From: Alphaproteobacteria bacterium
Lineage (GTDB): Bacteria > Pseudomonadota > Alphaproteobacteria > GCA-2731375
DNA length: 64,000 nt
Reading direction: 5' to 3'
Assembly (NCBI GenBank): GCA_965225945.1
Contig: CBDDBZ010000035.1
Span: forward strand, 256,001 to 320,000
Positions 20,327 to 30,630 of this stretch are shown here, piece after piece (the stretch's first letter is position 1; each line of letters begins with the position of its first letter). The notes below the pieces were generated by a model. It was not told the DNA's origin. It saw only the letters and a list, made by a program, of their open reading frames with translations, and searched no databases. The translations under genes and the position numbers were made by a program.

Positions 20327-21340
20327 ATGATTCACGGGTTATGGATAATCGCGACGACGTTGGCGCTGGTCCTCGGCCTCTCGGCCGCGCCCGGCGGCGC
20401 GCGGGCCGCGAGTATCGATTTCTTCCGCATCGCCACCGGTCCGACCGTCGGTACCTATTTCCCGATCGGCCGCCTGATCGCCAGCGCGATCACCAACCCG
20501 CCGGGCTCGCGGGCCTGCGACGATGGCGGCAGTTGCGGCGTGCCGGGGCTCATCGCGGTGGCACAGAGCACCGAGGGCGCGCGCCAGAATATCGAGCTGA
20601 TTGGGCGCGGGCTGGTCGAATCCGGCCTCGGCCAAGCCGACCTCGCCCATTGGGCCTTGGAAGGCACCGGCGCCTTCGAGGCGACGGGGCCGATCGACAA
20701 GCTCAGGCTGATCGCCAACCTCTATCTCGAGGGCGTGCAGATCGTGGTACGCCGCGACGCCGACATCACCAGCCCCGCCGACCTCAGGGGACGGCGCGTG
20801 TCCTACGGGGCGGCGGAAAGCGGCGTCGCCAGCCACAACCGCTTGATCCTCGCCGCTTACGGCGTCAACGAGGACGATCTGATTCGCGAGTACAACCCGC
20901 CGGCCGAGGCGGCCCGGCGGCTCCGCGAGGGCCAGGTCGAGGCGATGATCGTGATCGGCGGTCATCCGGTGCCGGTGATCGCCGAATTGGCCCGCGACGG
21001 GCTGATCGACGTCTTGGCGATCGACGACGCGCCGGCCCGCGATCTCATCGCCCGCAATCCCTACTTCCGCGCGCTCGAGATTCCCGAGGGAGTCTATCCA
21101 GGCGTGCCGGCGCGCCGCATCCTCGCCGTCGGCGCGCAGTGGCTCACCTCCTCCGACATCGACGCCGATCTGGTCTATCGCATCACCCGCTCGCTCTGGC
21201 ACGACGGCAATCGAAAGCTGCTCGACGGTGGCCATCCCCGGGGCCGCGAGATCCGGATGGCGACCGGGCTCGACGGCCTCTCGGTCCCGCTACACGAGGG
21301 CGCGCGGCGCTTTTACCAAGAGGTCGGGGCGCTGAAATAG
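20327..21340 (+). CDS. TAXI-family TRAP transporter solute-binding protein
   Basis: Signal peptide, IATGPTVGTYFPIG, PLHEGARRFYQE. Confidence 0.92.
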   Translation: MIHGLWIIATTLALVLGLSAAPGGARAASIDFFRIATGPTVGTYFPIGRLIASAITNPPGSRACDDGGSCGVPGLIAVAQSTEGARQNIELIGRGLVESGLGQADLAHWALEGTGAFEATGPIDKLRLIANLYLEGVQIVVRRDADITSPADLRGRRVSYGAAESGVASHNRLILAAYGVNEDDLIREYNPPAEAARRLREGQVEAMIVIGGHPVPVIAELARDGLIDVLAIDDAPARDLIARNPYFRALEIPEGVYPGVPARRILAVGAQWLTSSDIDADLVYRITRSLWHDGNRKLLDGGHPRGREIRMATGLDGLSVPLHEGARRFYQEVGALK

Positions 21341-21409
21341 CGCGCCTCGCGCGCCGGGCTCGCGAACCTGATAGGGTCCAGCCCTTTCCCCGACGCGGTG
21401 GAGCACGCC

Positions 21410-24091
21410 ATGAACGAGGGAGCGAGCCCGGAGCCCGAGGCGACCCGGCTGGAGGACTATCGAGCCCCGGCTTGGCGGGTGGAGGAAGTCGCGCTCGAAT
21501 TCGACCTGGCGCCATCCGCGACCCGCGTCACCAGTCGTCTCCGGCTGTCGCGAAACCCGGAACAGACGGCCGCGCCCCTCAGGCTCGACGGCGAGGAATT
21601 GCGTCTGCTCGGCGTCGCCCTCGACGGCAGGGCCCTCGGCCGGCACGAATATGCGCTCGACGACGAGGGGCTGACGCTCGACGAGGCGCCGGACGCCTTT
21701 ATGCTGGAAACGGTGGTGGAGATCGATCCCGCCGCCAACACCAAGCTCGAGGGCCTCTACCTCTCGAACGCCATCTATTGCACGCAGTGCGAGGCGGAGG
21801 GCTTCCGCCGCATCACCTTTTTCCCCGATCGCCCCGACGTGATGGCGACCTACCGGGTGCGCGTGCGAGCCGACGCCGAAGCTTGCCCGGTGCTGCTTTC
21901 CAACGGCAACCTGATCGAGGCCCGCGTGCTCGGGGACGGTCGCCACGAGGCCGTCTGGCATGATCCGTTCCCCAAGCCGTCCTACCTCTTCGCCCTGGTG
22001 GCGGGCAAACTGGGCCGGATCTCGGAGTCGTTCCAGACCGCGTCCGGCCGCGCGGTCGAGCTCAACATCTATGTCGATCCCGGCAACGAGGACCGCGCCG
22101 GTTATGCCATGGATTCCCTGCGGCGCGCGATGCGCTGGGACGAGGAGACCTACGGCCTCGAATACGACCTCGATCTGTTCAACATCGTCGCCATCAACGA
22201 CTTCAACATGGGGGCGATGGAGAACAAGAGCCTGAACGTCTTCAACGCCAAATACGTGCTGGCCGACCCGCAGACCGCGACCGACCGCGACTACGCTTCC
22301 ATCGAGGCGATCGTCGCGCACGAATACTTCCACAACTGGACCGGCAACCGCGTCACCTGCCGCGACTGGTTCCAGCTCAGCCTGAAGGAGGGCTTGACGG
22401 TCTTCCGCGACCAGCAGTTCTCGGCCGACATGCGCTCAGCTTCGGTGCAGCGGATCCAGGACGTCCGGGCGCTGCGCCAAAGCCAATTTCCCGAGGACGC
22501 GGGTCCCCTCGCCCATCCCGTGCGCCCCGCCTCCTACATCGAAATCAACAATTTCTACACCGCCACCGTGTACGAGAAGGGCGCCGAGGTGGTCCGCTTG
22601 CTGCACACGATCCTGGGCGCCGAGGGCTTTGGCCGGGGCATGCGGCTCTATTTTGAGCGCCACGACGGCCAGGCCGTCACCTGCGACGATTTCGTCGCCG
22701 CCATGGCGGACGCCAACGGCGTCGAGCTCGAAAATTTCAAGCTCTGGTATTCCCAGGCGGGAACGCCGGAGGTGACGGTGGAAGCACACCACGATGCAGG
22801 CGCCCGGCGGCTGGAACTGACGCTCGAGCAAAGCACCACGCCGACGCCGGGCCAGGCGGAAAAGGCAGCGCTGCACCTGCCGCTGGAGCTGGGCCTGATC
22901 GGGGCCGACGGCGCCGCCCTGCCACTCCGCCTGGAGGGCGAGACGGCGGCCGTCGGCACGTCCCGCCTGCTGGAGCTGACCGAGGCGCGGGCGCGCTTTT
23001 GTTTCGAGGACATCGCGGCAGCCCCGCTGGTCTCGCTCAATCGAAACTTCACCGCGCCGATCAAGCTCGCCGATCGGCTCGACGCGGCCGATCGCGCTTT
23101 CCTGATGAGGCACGACGGCGATCCCTTCAACCGCTGGGAGGCCGGGCAGCGGCTGGCGATCGAGGTCCTGCTGGAGCGCGCGCGGGCTTTCGCCGAGGGT
23201 GGCGCGGCGGCGCCGGCCGAGGCCTTCCTCGACGCCTTCGCCGCCTGCCTCGCGGACGATTCGCTCGACCCTGCGTTGCGCGCCGAGCTCCTGGCGCTGC
23301 CCTCCGAGAGCTATCTCGGCGAGCAGATGGCGGTGATCGACGTCGAGGCCGTGCATGGCGCGCGCGACGGCTTGGCGCGGGAGATCGCGGCGGCCCATGG
23401 CCCGGCGTTGGGGCAACTCCACGACGGGCTCCGCGACAACCAGCCCTATAGCCCCGATGCCGCGGCCGCCGGCCGGCGGGCGTTGCGCAACATCGCCCTC
23501 GGCTACCTCGCCATGGGCGAGGCGACGGCGGCCGAGAAGCTGCTTCGTGGCCGTTACCTGGACGCCGACAACATGACCGACCGGATGGCCGCGCTCGGCC
23601 TGCTCAGCCACCGCGACGGCGCGACCTCGGAGGAAGCGCTTGGCGATTTCCACGACCGCTACCGCGACGATTCCCTGGTGATCGACAAATGGTTCGCCGT
23701 GCAGGCGATGTCGTCGCTGCCGGGGACGCTTCCCCGGGTCGAGAGCCTGCTCGGCCACGCCGCCTTCTCGCTCCGCAAGCCCAATCGGGTGCGGGCGCTG
23801 ATCGGCGCCTTCGTCGCCGGCAATCAGCTCCGCTTCCACGCCGCCGACGGCGCCGGCTACGATTTCCTGGCCCGCCGCGTGCTGGAGCTCGACCCGCTCA
23901 ACCCCCAGGTCGCGGCTCGGTTGCTGACGCCGCTCGGCCGCTGGCGGCGCTTCGACACCGACCGCCAGGCGCTGATGAAGGCCGCGCTCGAGCGCGTGCT
24001 GGCGGCGCCGAGCCTGTCCAGGGACGCCTACGAGATCGCCTCCAAGTCGCTTGCCCGAGAGCAGGGCGCGAACGGAGAGGACGCGACATGA
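21410..24091 (+). CDS. pepN: Aminopeptidase N
   Basis: TQCEAEGFRRIT, GAMENK, HEYFH, NFYTATVYEKG, PNRVRAL. Confidence 0.96.
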   Translation: MNEGASPEPEATRLEDYRAPAWRVEEVALEFDLAPSATRVTSRLRLSRNPEQTAAPLRLDGEELRLLGVALDGRALGRHEYALDDEGLTLDEAPDAFMLETVVEIDPAANTKLEGLYLSNAIYCTQCEAEGFRRITFFPDRPDVMATYRVRVRADAEACPVLLSNGNLIEARVLGDGRHEAVWHDPFPKPSYLFALVAGKLGRISESFQTASGRAVELNIYVDPGNEDRAGYAMDSLRRAMRWDEETYGLEYDLDLFNIVAINDFNMGAMENKSLNVFNAKYVLADPQTATDRDYASIEAIVAHEYFHNWTGNRVTCRDWFQLSLKEGLTVFRDQQFSADMRSASVQRIQDVRALRQSQFPEDAGPLAHPVRPASYIEINNFYTATVYEKGAEVVRLLHTILGAEGFGRGMRLYFERHDGQAVTCDDFVAAMADANGVELENFKLWYSQAGTPEVTVEAHHDAGARRLELTLEQSTTPTPGQAEKAALHLPLELGLIGADGAALPLRLEGETAAVGTSRLLELTEARARFCFEDIAAAPLVSLNRNFTAPIKLADRLDAADRAFLMRHDGDPFNRWEAGQRLAIEVLLERARAFAEGGAAAPAEAFLDAFAACLADDSLDPALRAELLALPSESYLGEQMAVIDVEAVHGARDGLAREIAAAHGPALGQLHDGLRDNQPYSPDAAAAGRRALRNIALGYLAMGEATAAEKLLRGRYLDADNMTDRMAALGLLSHRDGATSEEALGDFHDRYRDDSLVIDKWFAVQAMSSLPGTLPRVESLLGHAAFSLRKPNRVRALIGAFVAGNQLRFHAADGAGYDFLARRVLELDPLNPQVAARLLTPLGRWRRFDTDRQALMKAALERVLAAPSLSRDAYEIASKSLAREQGANGEDAT

Positions 24092-25056
24092 CCACGGCAA
24101 TCGCGATCCTCGACGACTATCAGAACGTGGCGCTCGAAATGGCCGACTGGTCGGTGCTGCCGGCGGACGTGGAGATCACCGTCTTCGACGACCATGAGGC
24201 CGACGTCACCAGGCTGGCGGAACGTCTGGCCGACTTCGATGTCGTCGCCATCATGCGCGAGCGCACGCCCTTCCCCCGGGAATTGATCGAGCGGCTGCCC
24301 CACCTCCGCCTCTTGGTCACGACGGGCGGGCGCAACGCCTCGATCGACCTGGCGGCCGCGGCCGAGCACGGCGTCACCGTCTGCGGCACCGGCGTGGGCG
24401 CAGGGGCCACGGCGGAACTCACCTGGGGCCTGATCCTCTCGCTCCTCAGGCGAATTCACGACAACCAGGCGGTGCTGCGGGCGGGCGGCTGGCAGGACCA
24501 CATCGGTCTGGATCTCGCGGGCAAGACGCTCGGAATTCTGGGGCTCGGGCGGCTCGGCGCGCAGGTGGCGCGGGTCGGCGTCGCCTTCGCCATGGAGGTG
24601 CTGGCCTGGAGCCAAAATTTGGACGATGCCCGGGCGGCGGCGTGCGGCGCGAGTCGGGTCGAATTGGAGGCGCTGCTGGCGGCGGCCGACGTGGTCACTA
24701 TCCACTTGGTCCTGAGCGAGCGGACCCGGGGCCTGATCGGCGCGGGCGAACTCGCGCGCATGGGCAATCACGCCTACCTCGTCAACACCTCGCGCGGGCC
24801 GATCGTCGACGAGGCGGCACTGATCCGGGCGCTCGAATCGGGCGCCATCGCCGGCGCCGCGCTCGACGTCTACGACACCGAGCCGCTGCCGGCCGGCCAT
24901 CCGCTCCGTCGAACGCCCAACCTCCTACTCTCGCCCCATGTCGGCTATGTGACAAGAGAGACCTACGAGATCTTCTATGCCCACACGGTGGAAGCCATCG
25001 CCGCCTTCCTGGCCGGGACGCCGACGCGTGTCATCGCCCAGCCCGAGAGTGCTTGA
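24088..25056 (+). CDS. D-2-hydroxyacid dehydrogenase family protein
   Basis: AILDDYQ, MRERTPF, GLGRLG, NTSRGP, SPHVGY; ATGA overlap with pepN. Confidence 0.92.
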   Translation: MTTAIAILDDYQNVALEMADWSVLPADVEITVFDDHEADVTRLAERLADFDVVAIMRERTPFPRELIERLPHLRLLVTTGGRNASIDLAAAAEHGVTVCGTGVGAGATAELTWGLILSLLRRIHDNQAVLRAGGWQDHIGLDLAGKTLGILGLGRLGAQVARVGVAFAMEVLAWSQNLDDARAAACGASRVELEALLAAADVVTIHLVLSERTRGLIGAGELARMGNHAYLVNTSRGPIVDEAALIRALESGAIAGAALDVYDTEPLPAGHPLRRTPNLLLSPHVGYVTRETYEIFYAHTVEAIAAFLAGTPTRVIAQPESA

Positions 25057-25153
25057 ATGGCGGTGAATCGTGCGACCAAAGCCCGAGAGGCGTTGCATTG
25101 AACGCGCGTTCGGGCAAACTCGCCCACGATTCGACTTAACCAGGATCGCGACC

Positions 25154-25938
25154 ATGCCTGATCGGGTGTTCACCGACGACCAACTCGATTGCTTCCGCCG
25201 CGAGGGCTTCGTCGTGGCCCCCGGCCTGCTCGATCGCGAGGCGACCGAGGCCTTGATCCGAGCCGCCCGGGAGGTCGAGACGATGCCCGAGGTTCCCGGC
25301 CGGCAGATGGTCTATTGGGAGACCAGCCAGCGCGGCGACGGGACCCGGATGATCCAGCGGATCGAGAACTTCTATCCCTATCACGAGTGGTTCCAAGAGC
25401 TCTTCGACGGGCCGTTGCTCAAGGGCGCGTTGGACCAGCTGTTCGCCGAGCCGTCGGTCCTCTACAAGGACAAGATCAACCTCAAGCTTCCCGGCGGCGG
25501 CGGCTTCGAGCCGCACCAGGATCAGCAGGCCGGCTGGAGCGTCTATGCGCCGATCTTCATCACCGCCCTGGTCTGCATCGATCCCGCGACGGTCGAGAAC
25601 GGCTGTCTGGAGCTCGCCGCCGGCCAGCACGACAAGGGGCTGATCGGGCCCGAATGGGAACCGTTGAGCGACGAGGCCATGGCCGACGTCGCGTTCGTGC
25701 CGGTGCCGACGGCGCCGGGCGACGCGATCTTCTTCGATTCCTATACCCCGCACGGCTCGCAACCGAACCTGACCGACAAAGCGCGCCGGGTGCTCTGCCC
25801 AAAAGCCGGCTGATCCACGTCACCTACAACCGGGTCCGCGACGGCGGCCACCGCGAACGCTACTTCGCCGACAAGCGGGCGAGCTTCCCGCCCGACATCG
25901 AGCGCGACCCGGACAAGGTTTATCGCTACCGGGTTTGA
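25154..25938 (+). pseudogene. PhyH-family Fe(II)/2OG dioxygenase, frameshifted near the 3' end
   Basis: KDKIN.K.PGG.GF.PHQD and PHGS motifs; C-terminus VTYN...RYFADKRASFPPDIER lies in another frame after a 20-nt insert at about 25797-25816. Confidence 0.8.
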
Positions 25939-26121
25939 TCGCTCTCGCCGAGCTTGGCGGCGCGAGGCACGAAACAGCTCCGATCATCACGAGGCCAACC
26001 AGCAACCAATTCTCCTTGGTCGTGGTCGTCGGTCCCGGCTTCCCTGTGCTTCGCGTTGGTGCTGTCCTAAATAGGGGCGGAATTTCCCAAAATTGGTTTA
26101 TCTCGTATGGGGAGTTCATTC

Positions 26122-26866
26122 CTTGCCTATCCGGTTTCACCCACACCCACTATATTGTGTGCACCCATTTTCCTGAGTAAAGCTCGGTGCAGGTCGAGCG
26201 GAGATATCTCCGGCGATGCCGAGCAGGGACCCGGACGGCAGCGCCTTTTAGGCGACACTTTAGCGTGGTGGAAATCCTAATCATTGAGTCGGATTTGGCA
26301 AAACGCCACGTTCATAAAGGACCGTCACTTCATTGAAATTTATCTGAAATCGGAGGTGAACGACACCGATGGAATATTCCAGGAAATCAGAGCTTCATTG
26401 AATTGTAGGATTCGAGTGCCGGATTATTCACAAATAGCTCTGTGAACTGGTTTTCAAGTTCGCTCAATACGTCATATGAAGTAAACGGATTGAGGATCAC
26501 GTTCTTGCGTGTCGCTTCGTCTTCGCTGCGACTCAAAACGCGCAGGAGACTAACAGGCGCGGACGGGTTCTTCGCAACGATTCGTGCCAGCGCGTCGCTT
26601 TCTTCGACTAGTGCCGTCAATCGCTCAGACGATGTCGTTTCATCAGCAGCTTCCCGTCTGGCCGTGGGTTTCTTCGTTTTTCCCTTGGTCGCCACCGTTC
26701 CGTCCCCCGATGTTAAGTACGTGACGTGAATTAAACTCCGGTTCGGTTTTCAGAACAATCAAGAATTAGCCGGATCGCCTCCTCAATGCGCCTGCGCCGG
26801 CCCTTGCCCGCAGTCCAAGGAGACACACTACATATAGTGGGTGTGGGTGATAACCGGATAGGCAAG
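26122..26866. mobile_element. Non-autonomous cassette (745 bp) with ~40-bp TIRs and 8-bp duplication
   Basis: CTTGCCTATCCGGTT(A)TCACCCACACCCACTATAT inverted at both ends; GTTCATTC at 26114-26121 and 26867-26874; no transposase. Confidence 0.8.
26387..26695 (-). CDS. Small helical-repeat (leucine-rich-variant-like) passenger protein
   Basis: Repeated VAKNPSAP / VILNPFTS / FVNNPA units; GGGGA upstream of GTG. Confidence 0.55.
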   Translation of the reverse strand: MATKGKTKKPTARREAADETTSSERLTALVEESDALARIVAKNPSAPVSLLRVLSRSEDEATRKNVILNPFTSYDVLSELENQFTELFVNNPALESYNSMKL

Positions 26867-26928
26867 GTTCATTCTTGGTGTTGTTTGAGAAGTAACCGCC
26901 TCAAACCTTGTGTTCGTTTAATCTGGCA

Positions 26929-29418
26929 TCAGCCGAATGGTTTCCACAGTAAAATCAACTTCGGCAGCACCGTGAGTGCTGCCAAAAGGGCGATGAACAT
27001 TGCCGACGCGATTAATACACCAAAATATATAGTGGGGATGAAGTTGGAAAACACCAAGATGGAAAAGCCGAAGATGATGGTCATGGTCGTGTAGAACACC
27101 GCTTTGCCGATATTGGAATGGCAAACATGCAGGGTCTCCACATAACTGTGAGTAAGTGCATACTCTTCTCTGAAGCGGTAGATATAGTGAATGCCATTGT
27201 CTACCGCGATACCGATGGTGATGGCGGCGATCGTGATGGTCATCATGTCCAGGGGGATTCCCGCCCATCCCATTACACCCAAAACCACCCCGGCACCTAG
27301 CAAGTTTGGCAGAATGCCGATAATCGACAAAGTGATTGACCGGAACAACACTAGGAACATGATCGCAATACCCAGCATCACTACACCTATGGTTTTGATC
27401 TGTGATTTGAATAAGCTTTGCAGCATATTGTTGTAGAGCACTAGCAGCCCACTCACGATCACGTCCTGCTCCTCAAATCCGAGCTTCTCCACTAAATCAC
27501 GGTGCACTGTCTCCAGCAACTCCTTGCGGCGCAAATCCGGTTTCGAATCCAACACACGCGCAAGGAGCCGTGCCTCGTTGTCATCGATGGAAACATAAGG
27601 GTCCATGAGATCCTTTCTTACCTCGGGGGGGATTTTGGTATAAAGGAGTGCCAGCTGCATTCCGTCCAGCTCCTCTTCGGCTAAGTCTTCGGCAACCCGC
27701 ACCGGCGAAGCGAGCGAGAGCACCTTGCCGATCTCGGGAAGTCCATCGAGGTAGTCGTGTACCGCTTTGATGCGCTGGATCCTGTGGACGGTAAACCAAT
27801 ACTCCGGTGAGTTAGCTAATGTTTCCGCGTACTCACGCTCCATTCGTATCTCTTGCTCGGTCAATCCTTCAAGGTCCTCGGGTTTCAGCAAGTCGTCAGA
27901 GATATCTCCGAATTTTATCAATATTTCCAGTGGAGTCGTGCCACCGAGCTTCTCATCGATGAGCTTGAGACCTTGATAAATTTCCGTGTCGTCGCTGAAG
28001 TAGTTGATGAAACTGTTCTCGACACGCAGCCGGGTGATTCCCGCTACACTCACGACGGTCAAAATTACCACCAACACCAGGATCTTGTTGCCTTGAGTCT
28101 CGGTCAGACGGGCCAGATATGCAGGTAAGAGAAACCGGTCACTGTCGAAGGTGGGTTTGGATCCAGTTTTCCCCAGTACCATCAGCAACGTGGGGAACAG
28201 TAAAAACGAGGTGACAAATGTTACCGCCAAACCGGCGCTCATCATCCACCCGAAGTCGATGACCGGCTTAATGTCGCTCACGACCAGGGAGCTAAAACCC
28301 ATGATGGTGGTCAGCGCGGTGTATAGACAGGGTTTCACCATCTTATGCGTGGTGGTTCTGACCAGCGCCAACTGATCGTCACCAGGATGATCTCGATTGA
28401 GCTGCCGGTAACGCACGATCAAATGAATGTTCATCGAGATGGTGATGATCAGCATAAGAGCAAGAAAATTGGATGAGATGACGGTGACCTTCCAACCGAT
28501 CAATCCCAGTACACCCACCATGATTATTCCGGCGTAAAAGCAGCTGAGCAGCGGGAGCACGATCCAGCGAAATTCCCGGAAGATGGCGGCGAGAACAATG
28601 ATGAGAAACACCAGAACGCTACCACCAAAGACGATCAGGTCGTTGCGCACGAATGTCACCATGTCGTCGGTAATCATCGGCACGCCGCCGAGATATAAAA
28701 CGCCATGCTGGCGGTACGGCTCGATGATGTCTCTGATATGTCCAACGTCAAGGTGGCGTTGCCTATTTAACGCTTCATGAGTCTGATCGTATTCGGTGGT
28801 GATGCGTTCCAGAGCTTGCGTTTCTTTAACGGAGAGACCGGAATTTCGTTGTTTGGCACGCAGCTCATTTCGAGATTGGCGCAGGCCGTTGTACTTCGGA
28901 TCCTCGACTAGCCTCAACAGCAAAGCGGTAGTTTGACCATCTACGCTGACGATGAGCTGCCGATATATAGGGCTATTGAGCAGCTCGTCTTTGGCCTTGC
29001 CTCGGTCGACACCGGGTTTCCCCAGGCTTGGTAAATCTTTGATGACTTCCGTGAGAGGTTCGTCCGAGTTTTTTAATAGGGGGGCATCGAGTATCGTGAA
29101 CACCGTGTCCACGCTGGTGACTTTCTCGAGTTCTTCACGGAGTTGCTTCAAAGACTCTAAGGCTTGGTCCGAGAAGAGATCTATGTCGGGGGTGTAGGTC
29201 ACAACGAGTAAGTCGGTACTCGGATATCGCTCGTGAATATTGCGGTACACCTTGAGGTCCACGTCGTCTTCCAGCAACAAAGAGTCGGCCGATGCGTCCA
29301 ACTTGAAGTTTTTTGTGTGATAACCGAAAAAAACCAGAATTGAGAGCAGCACGACCAGAACTGACTTAGGATTGTGGAGCACCAGAGTGTCATAGGCCTG
29401 TACGGTACGAGACGTCAT
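26929..29418 (-). CDS. MMPL/RND-family transporter
   Basis: Two 6-TM halves, GGVPMI.DD, GIAVDNGIHY; lower GC than flanks. Confidence 0.9.
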   Translation of the reverse strand: MTSRTVQAYDTLVLHNPKSVLVVLLSILVFFGYHTKNFKLDASADSLLLEDDVDLKVYRNIHERYPSTDLLVVTYTPDIDLFSDQALESLKQLREELEKVTSVDTVFTILDAPLLKNSDEPLTEVIKDLPSLGKPGVDRGKAKDELLNSPIYRQLIVSVDGQTTALLLRLVEDPKYNGLRQSRNELRAKQRNSGLSVKETQALERITTEYDQTHEALNRQRHLDVGHIRDIIEPYRQHGVLYLGGVPMITDDMVTFVRNDLIVFGGSVLVFLIIVLAAIFREFRWIVLPLLSCFYAGIIMVGVLGLIGWKVTVISSNFLALMLIITISMNIHLIVRYRQLNRDHPGDDQLALVRTTTHKMVKPCLYTALTTIMGFSSLVVSDIKPVIDFGWMMSAGLAVTFVTSFLLFPTLLMVLGKTGSKPTFDSDRFLLPAYLARLTETQGNKILVLVVILTVVSVAGITRLRVENSFINYFSDDTEIYQGLKLIDEKLGGTTPLEILIKFGDISDDLLKPEDLEGLTEQEIRMEREYAETLANSPEYWFTVHRIQRIKAVHDYLDGLPEIGKVLSLASPVRVAEDLAEEELDGMQLALLYTKIPPEVRKDLMDPYVSIDDNEARLLARVLDSKPDLRRKELLETVHRDLVEKLGFEEQDVIVSGLLVLYNNMLQSLFKSQIKTIGVVMLGIAIMFLVLFRSITLSIIGILPNLLGAGVVLGVMGWAGIPLDMMTITIAAITIGIAVDNGIHYIYRFREEYALTHSYVETLHVCHSNIGKAVFYTTMTIIFGFSILVFSNFIPTIYFGVLIASAMFIALLAALTVLPKLILLWKPFG

Positions 29419-29545
29419 GGAGTTTTCTCTTTGAGCAATGCCAATTCAGCCAGGGGAACAATGGTATCGGCCCATGGCGTGTACACTTGTCCAGAGGGGT
29501 GAAGGTTATCGTCGGCCATCAGGGTCGGATCGCCGCCTGCCCGTT
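29415..29545 (-). pseudogene. 3' remnant of an SGNH/GDSL hydrolase
   Basis: LMADDNLHPSGQVYTPWA matches the DxxHP block V; overlaps MMPL start; no GDS block upstream. Confidence 0.5.
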
Positions 29546-29711
29546 TGAACCGAGATTTCCCAGATGGCCACTTTAGTCGACATTCCCCAGATGACATCCA
29601 AATTCGAGAAAATCGTACTACCATTCCACCGCCAAGGGAACTGCATCTCTTCGGCAGCCACGCCATGACGTCGAGTTTACGGCATCTCGATGCCGTCCGC
29701 GCCGGATCGCC

Positions 29712-30542
29712 CTACAGCGCGTGGCGGACGACGCCGTTCTTGGCGACGAGAAAATCGCCGCCGCCGTAGCCGGCCTCGGGCGGAATGCGCAACCGACGCC
29801 CTTCCGCGTGGGCCACGGCCTCCGGGCGAACGGTCACCACCGCGTGCGCCCGCGCCGCCGCCAGGGCCTCGGCGACGCTTCGGGAACGGGCGAGCTTCAA
29901 CAGGTTGAGACGGGTCGGGAAGATCACCATGTGCTCGCCCGCGTCGGCCCGGGCCACCGCGTCGGCCGGTCGTGCCCAGGCGGACTCCACGCCCTCCCCG
30001 CCGTCGTGGCGCGCCTCGACCCCGGCAGGCGCCGGCGCCAGGAAGAAATGCGTATCGAAGATCCGGGGTGCCTCCTCGGGCGTGATCCAATGGGCGAAGG
30101 GGACCAGCGCATCGGTCTCCAGAACCACGTCCTCCGCCCGGCAGAGCTCGGCCAACGCGGCCTCCTCGGCCAACAGCGGCCGGCGCCAGCGGGCGACGAT
30201 CGCCTCGTGGCGCGCCGGCGGCAGGGGCCGGCCATCGGCCGCACGGGCCAGCAGCACGCCGCATTCCTCGAAGGCCTCGCGGATCGCCGCGACCCGGAGC
30301 GCGCGGGCTTTCCTGTCGAGCGCCGCCACGCCCAGGCAGCGCGCGGCCAAATCCACCTCGCCATCCCCCGCCTCGACCTTGCCGCCCGGAAAGACGACGG
30401 CGCCGGAAAAGCTCCGCGTCGCCTCGTGGCGAACCATCAGGAAGACCTCGAGGCCTGCCGCACGATCGCGGATCAGCAGCGTCGTCGCCGCCTCGATCCA
30501 AGGCAACTCCCCCGCCGCAGCGCCCGACTCGCTCCCGCTCAC
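29712..30542 (-). CDS. NUDIX hydrolase (NUDT19-like)
   Basis: AATTLLIRD, VFPGGKV, AAIREAFEECG, HWITP...FDTHFF; start approximate. Confidence 0.88.
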   Translation of the reverse strand: MSGSESGAAAGELPWIEAATTLLIRDRAAGLEVFLMVRHEATRSFSGAVVFPGGKVEAGDGEVDLAARCLGVAALDRKARALRVAAIREAFEECGVLLARAADGRPLPPARHEAIVARWRRPLLAEEAALAELCRAEDVVLETDALVPFAHWITPEEAPRIFDTHFFLAPAPAGVEARHDGGEGVESAWARPADAVARADAGEHMVIFPTRLNLLKLARSRSVAEALAAARAHAVVTVRPEAVAHAEGRRLRIPPEAGYGGGDFLVAKNGVVRHAL

Positions 30543-30630
30543 GCTCGCTCTCCCGCCGCTTTTTCGCGCGGCAACAGGCCACAGCCCCGCCCGATTGGCA
30601 AGTTCGCCCGCTTCGGCCAGAATGCGCCCC

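Noticed and set aside
20327-21340. TAXI binding protein without a membrane subunit
   Set aside because: Orphan TAXI proteins are common; the partner may be elsewhere in the genome
25065-25132. Imperfect long hairpin upstream of phyH
   Set aside because: Single copy, no recognisable riboswitch motif, no U-tract
26182-26260. tRNA or known ncRNA
   Set aside because: No T-loop GTTC or cloverleaf; only short stems, noted under the cassette finding
26825-26840. NrdR-box-like ACACTACATATAGTGG
   Set aside because: No ribonucleotide reductase gene nearby; the site is part of the cassette TIR
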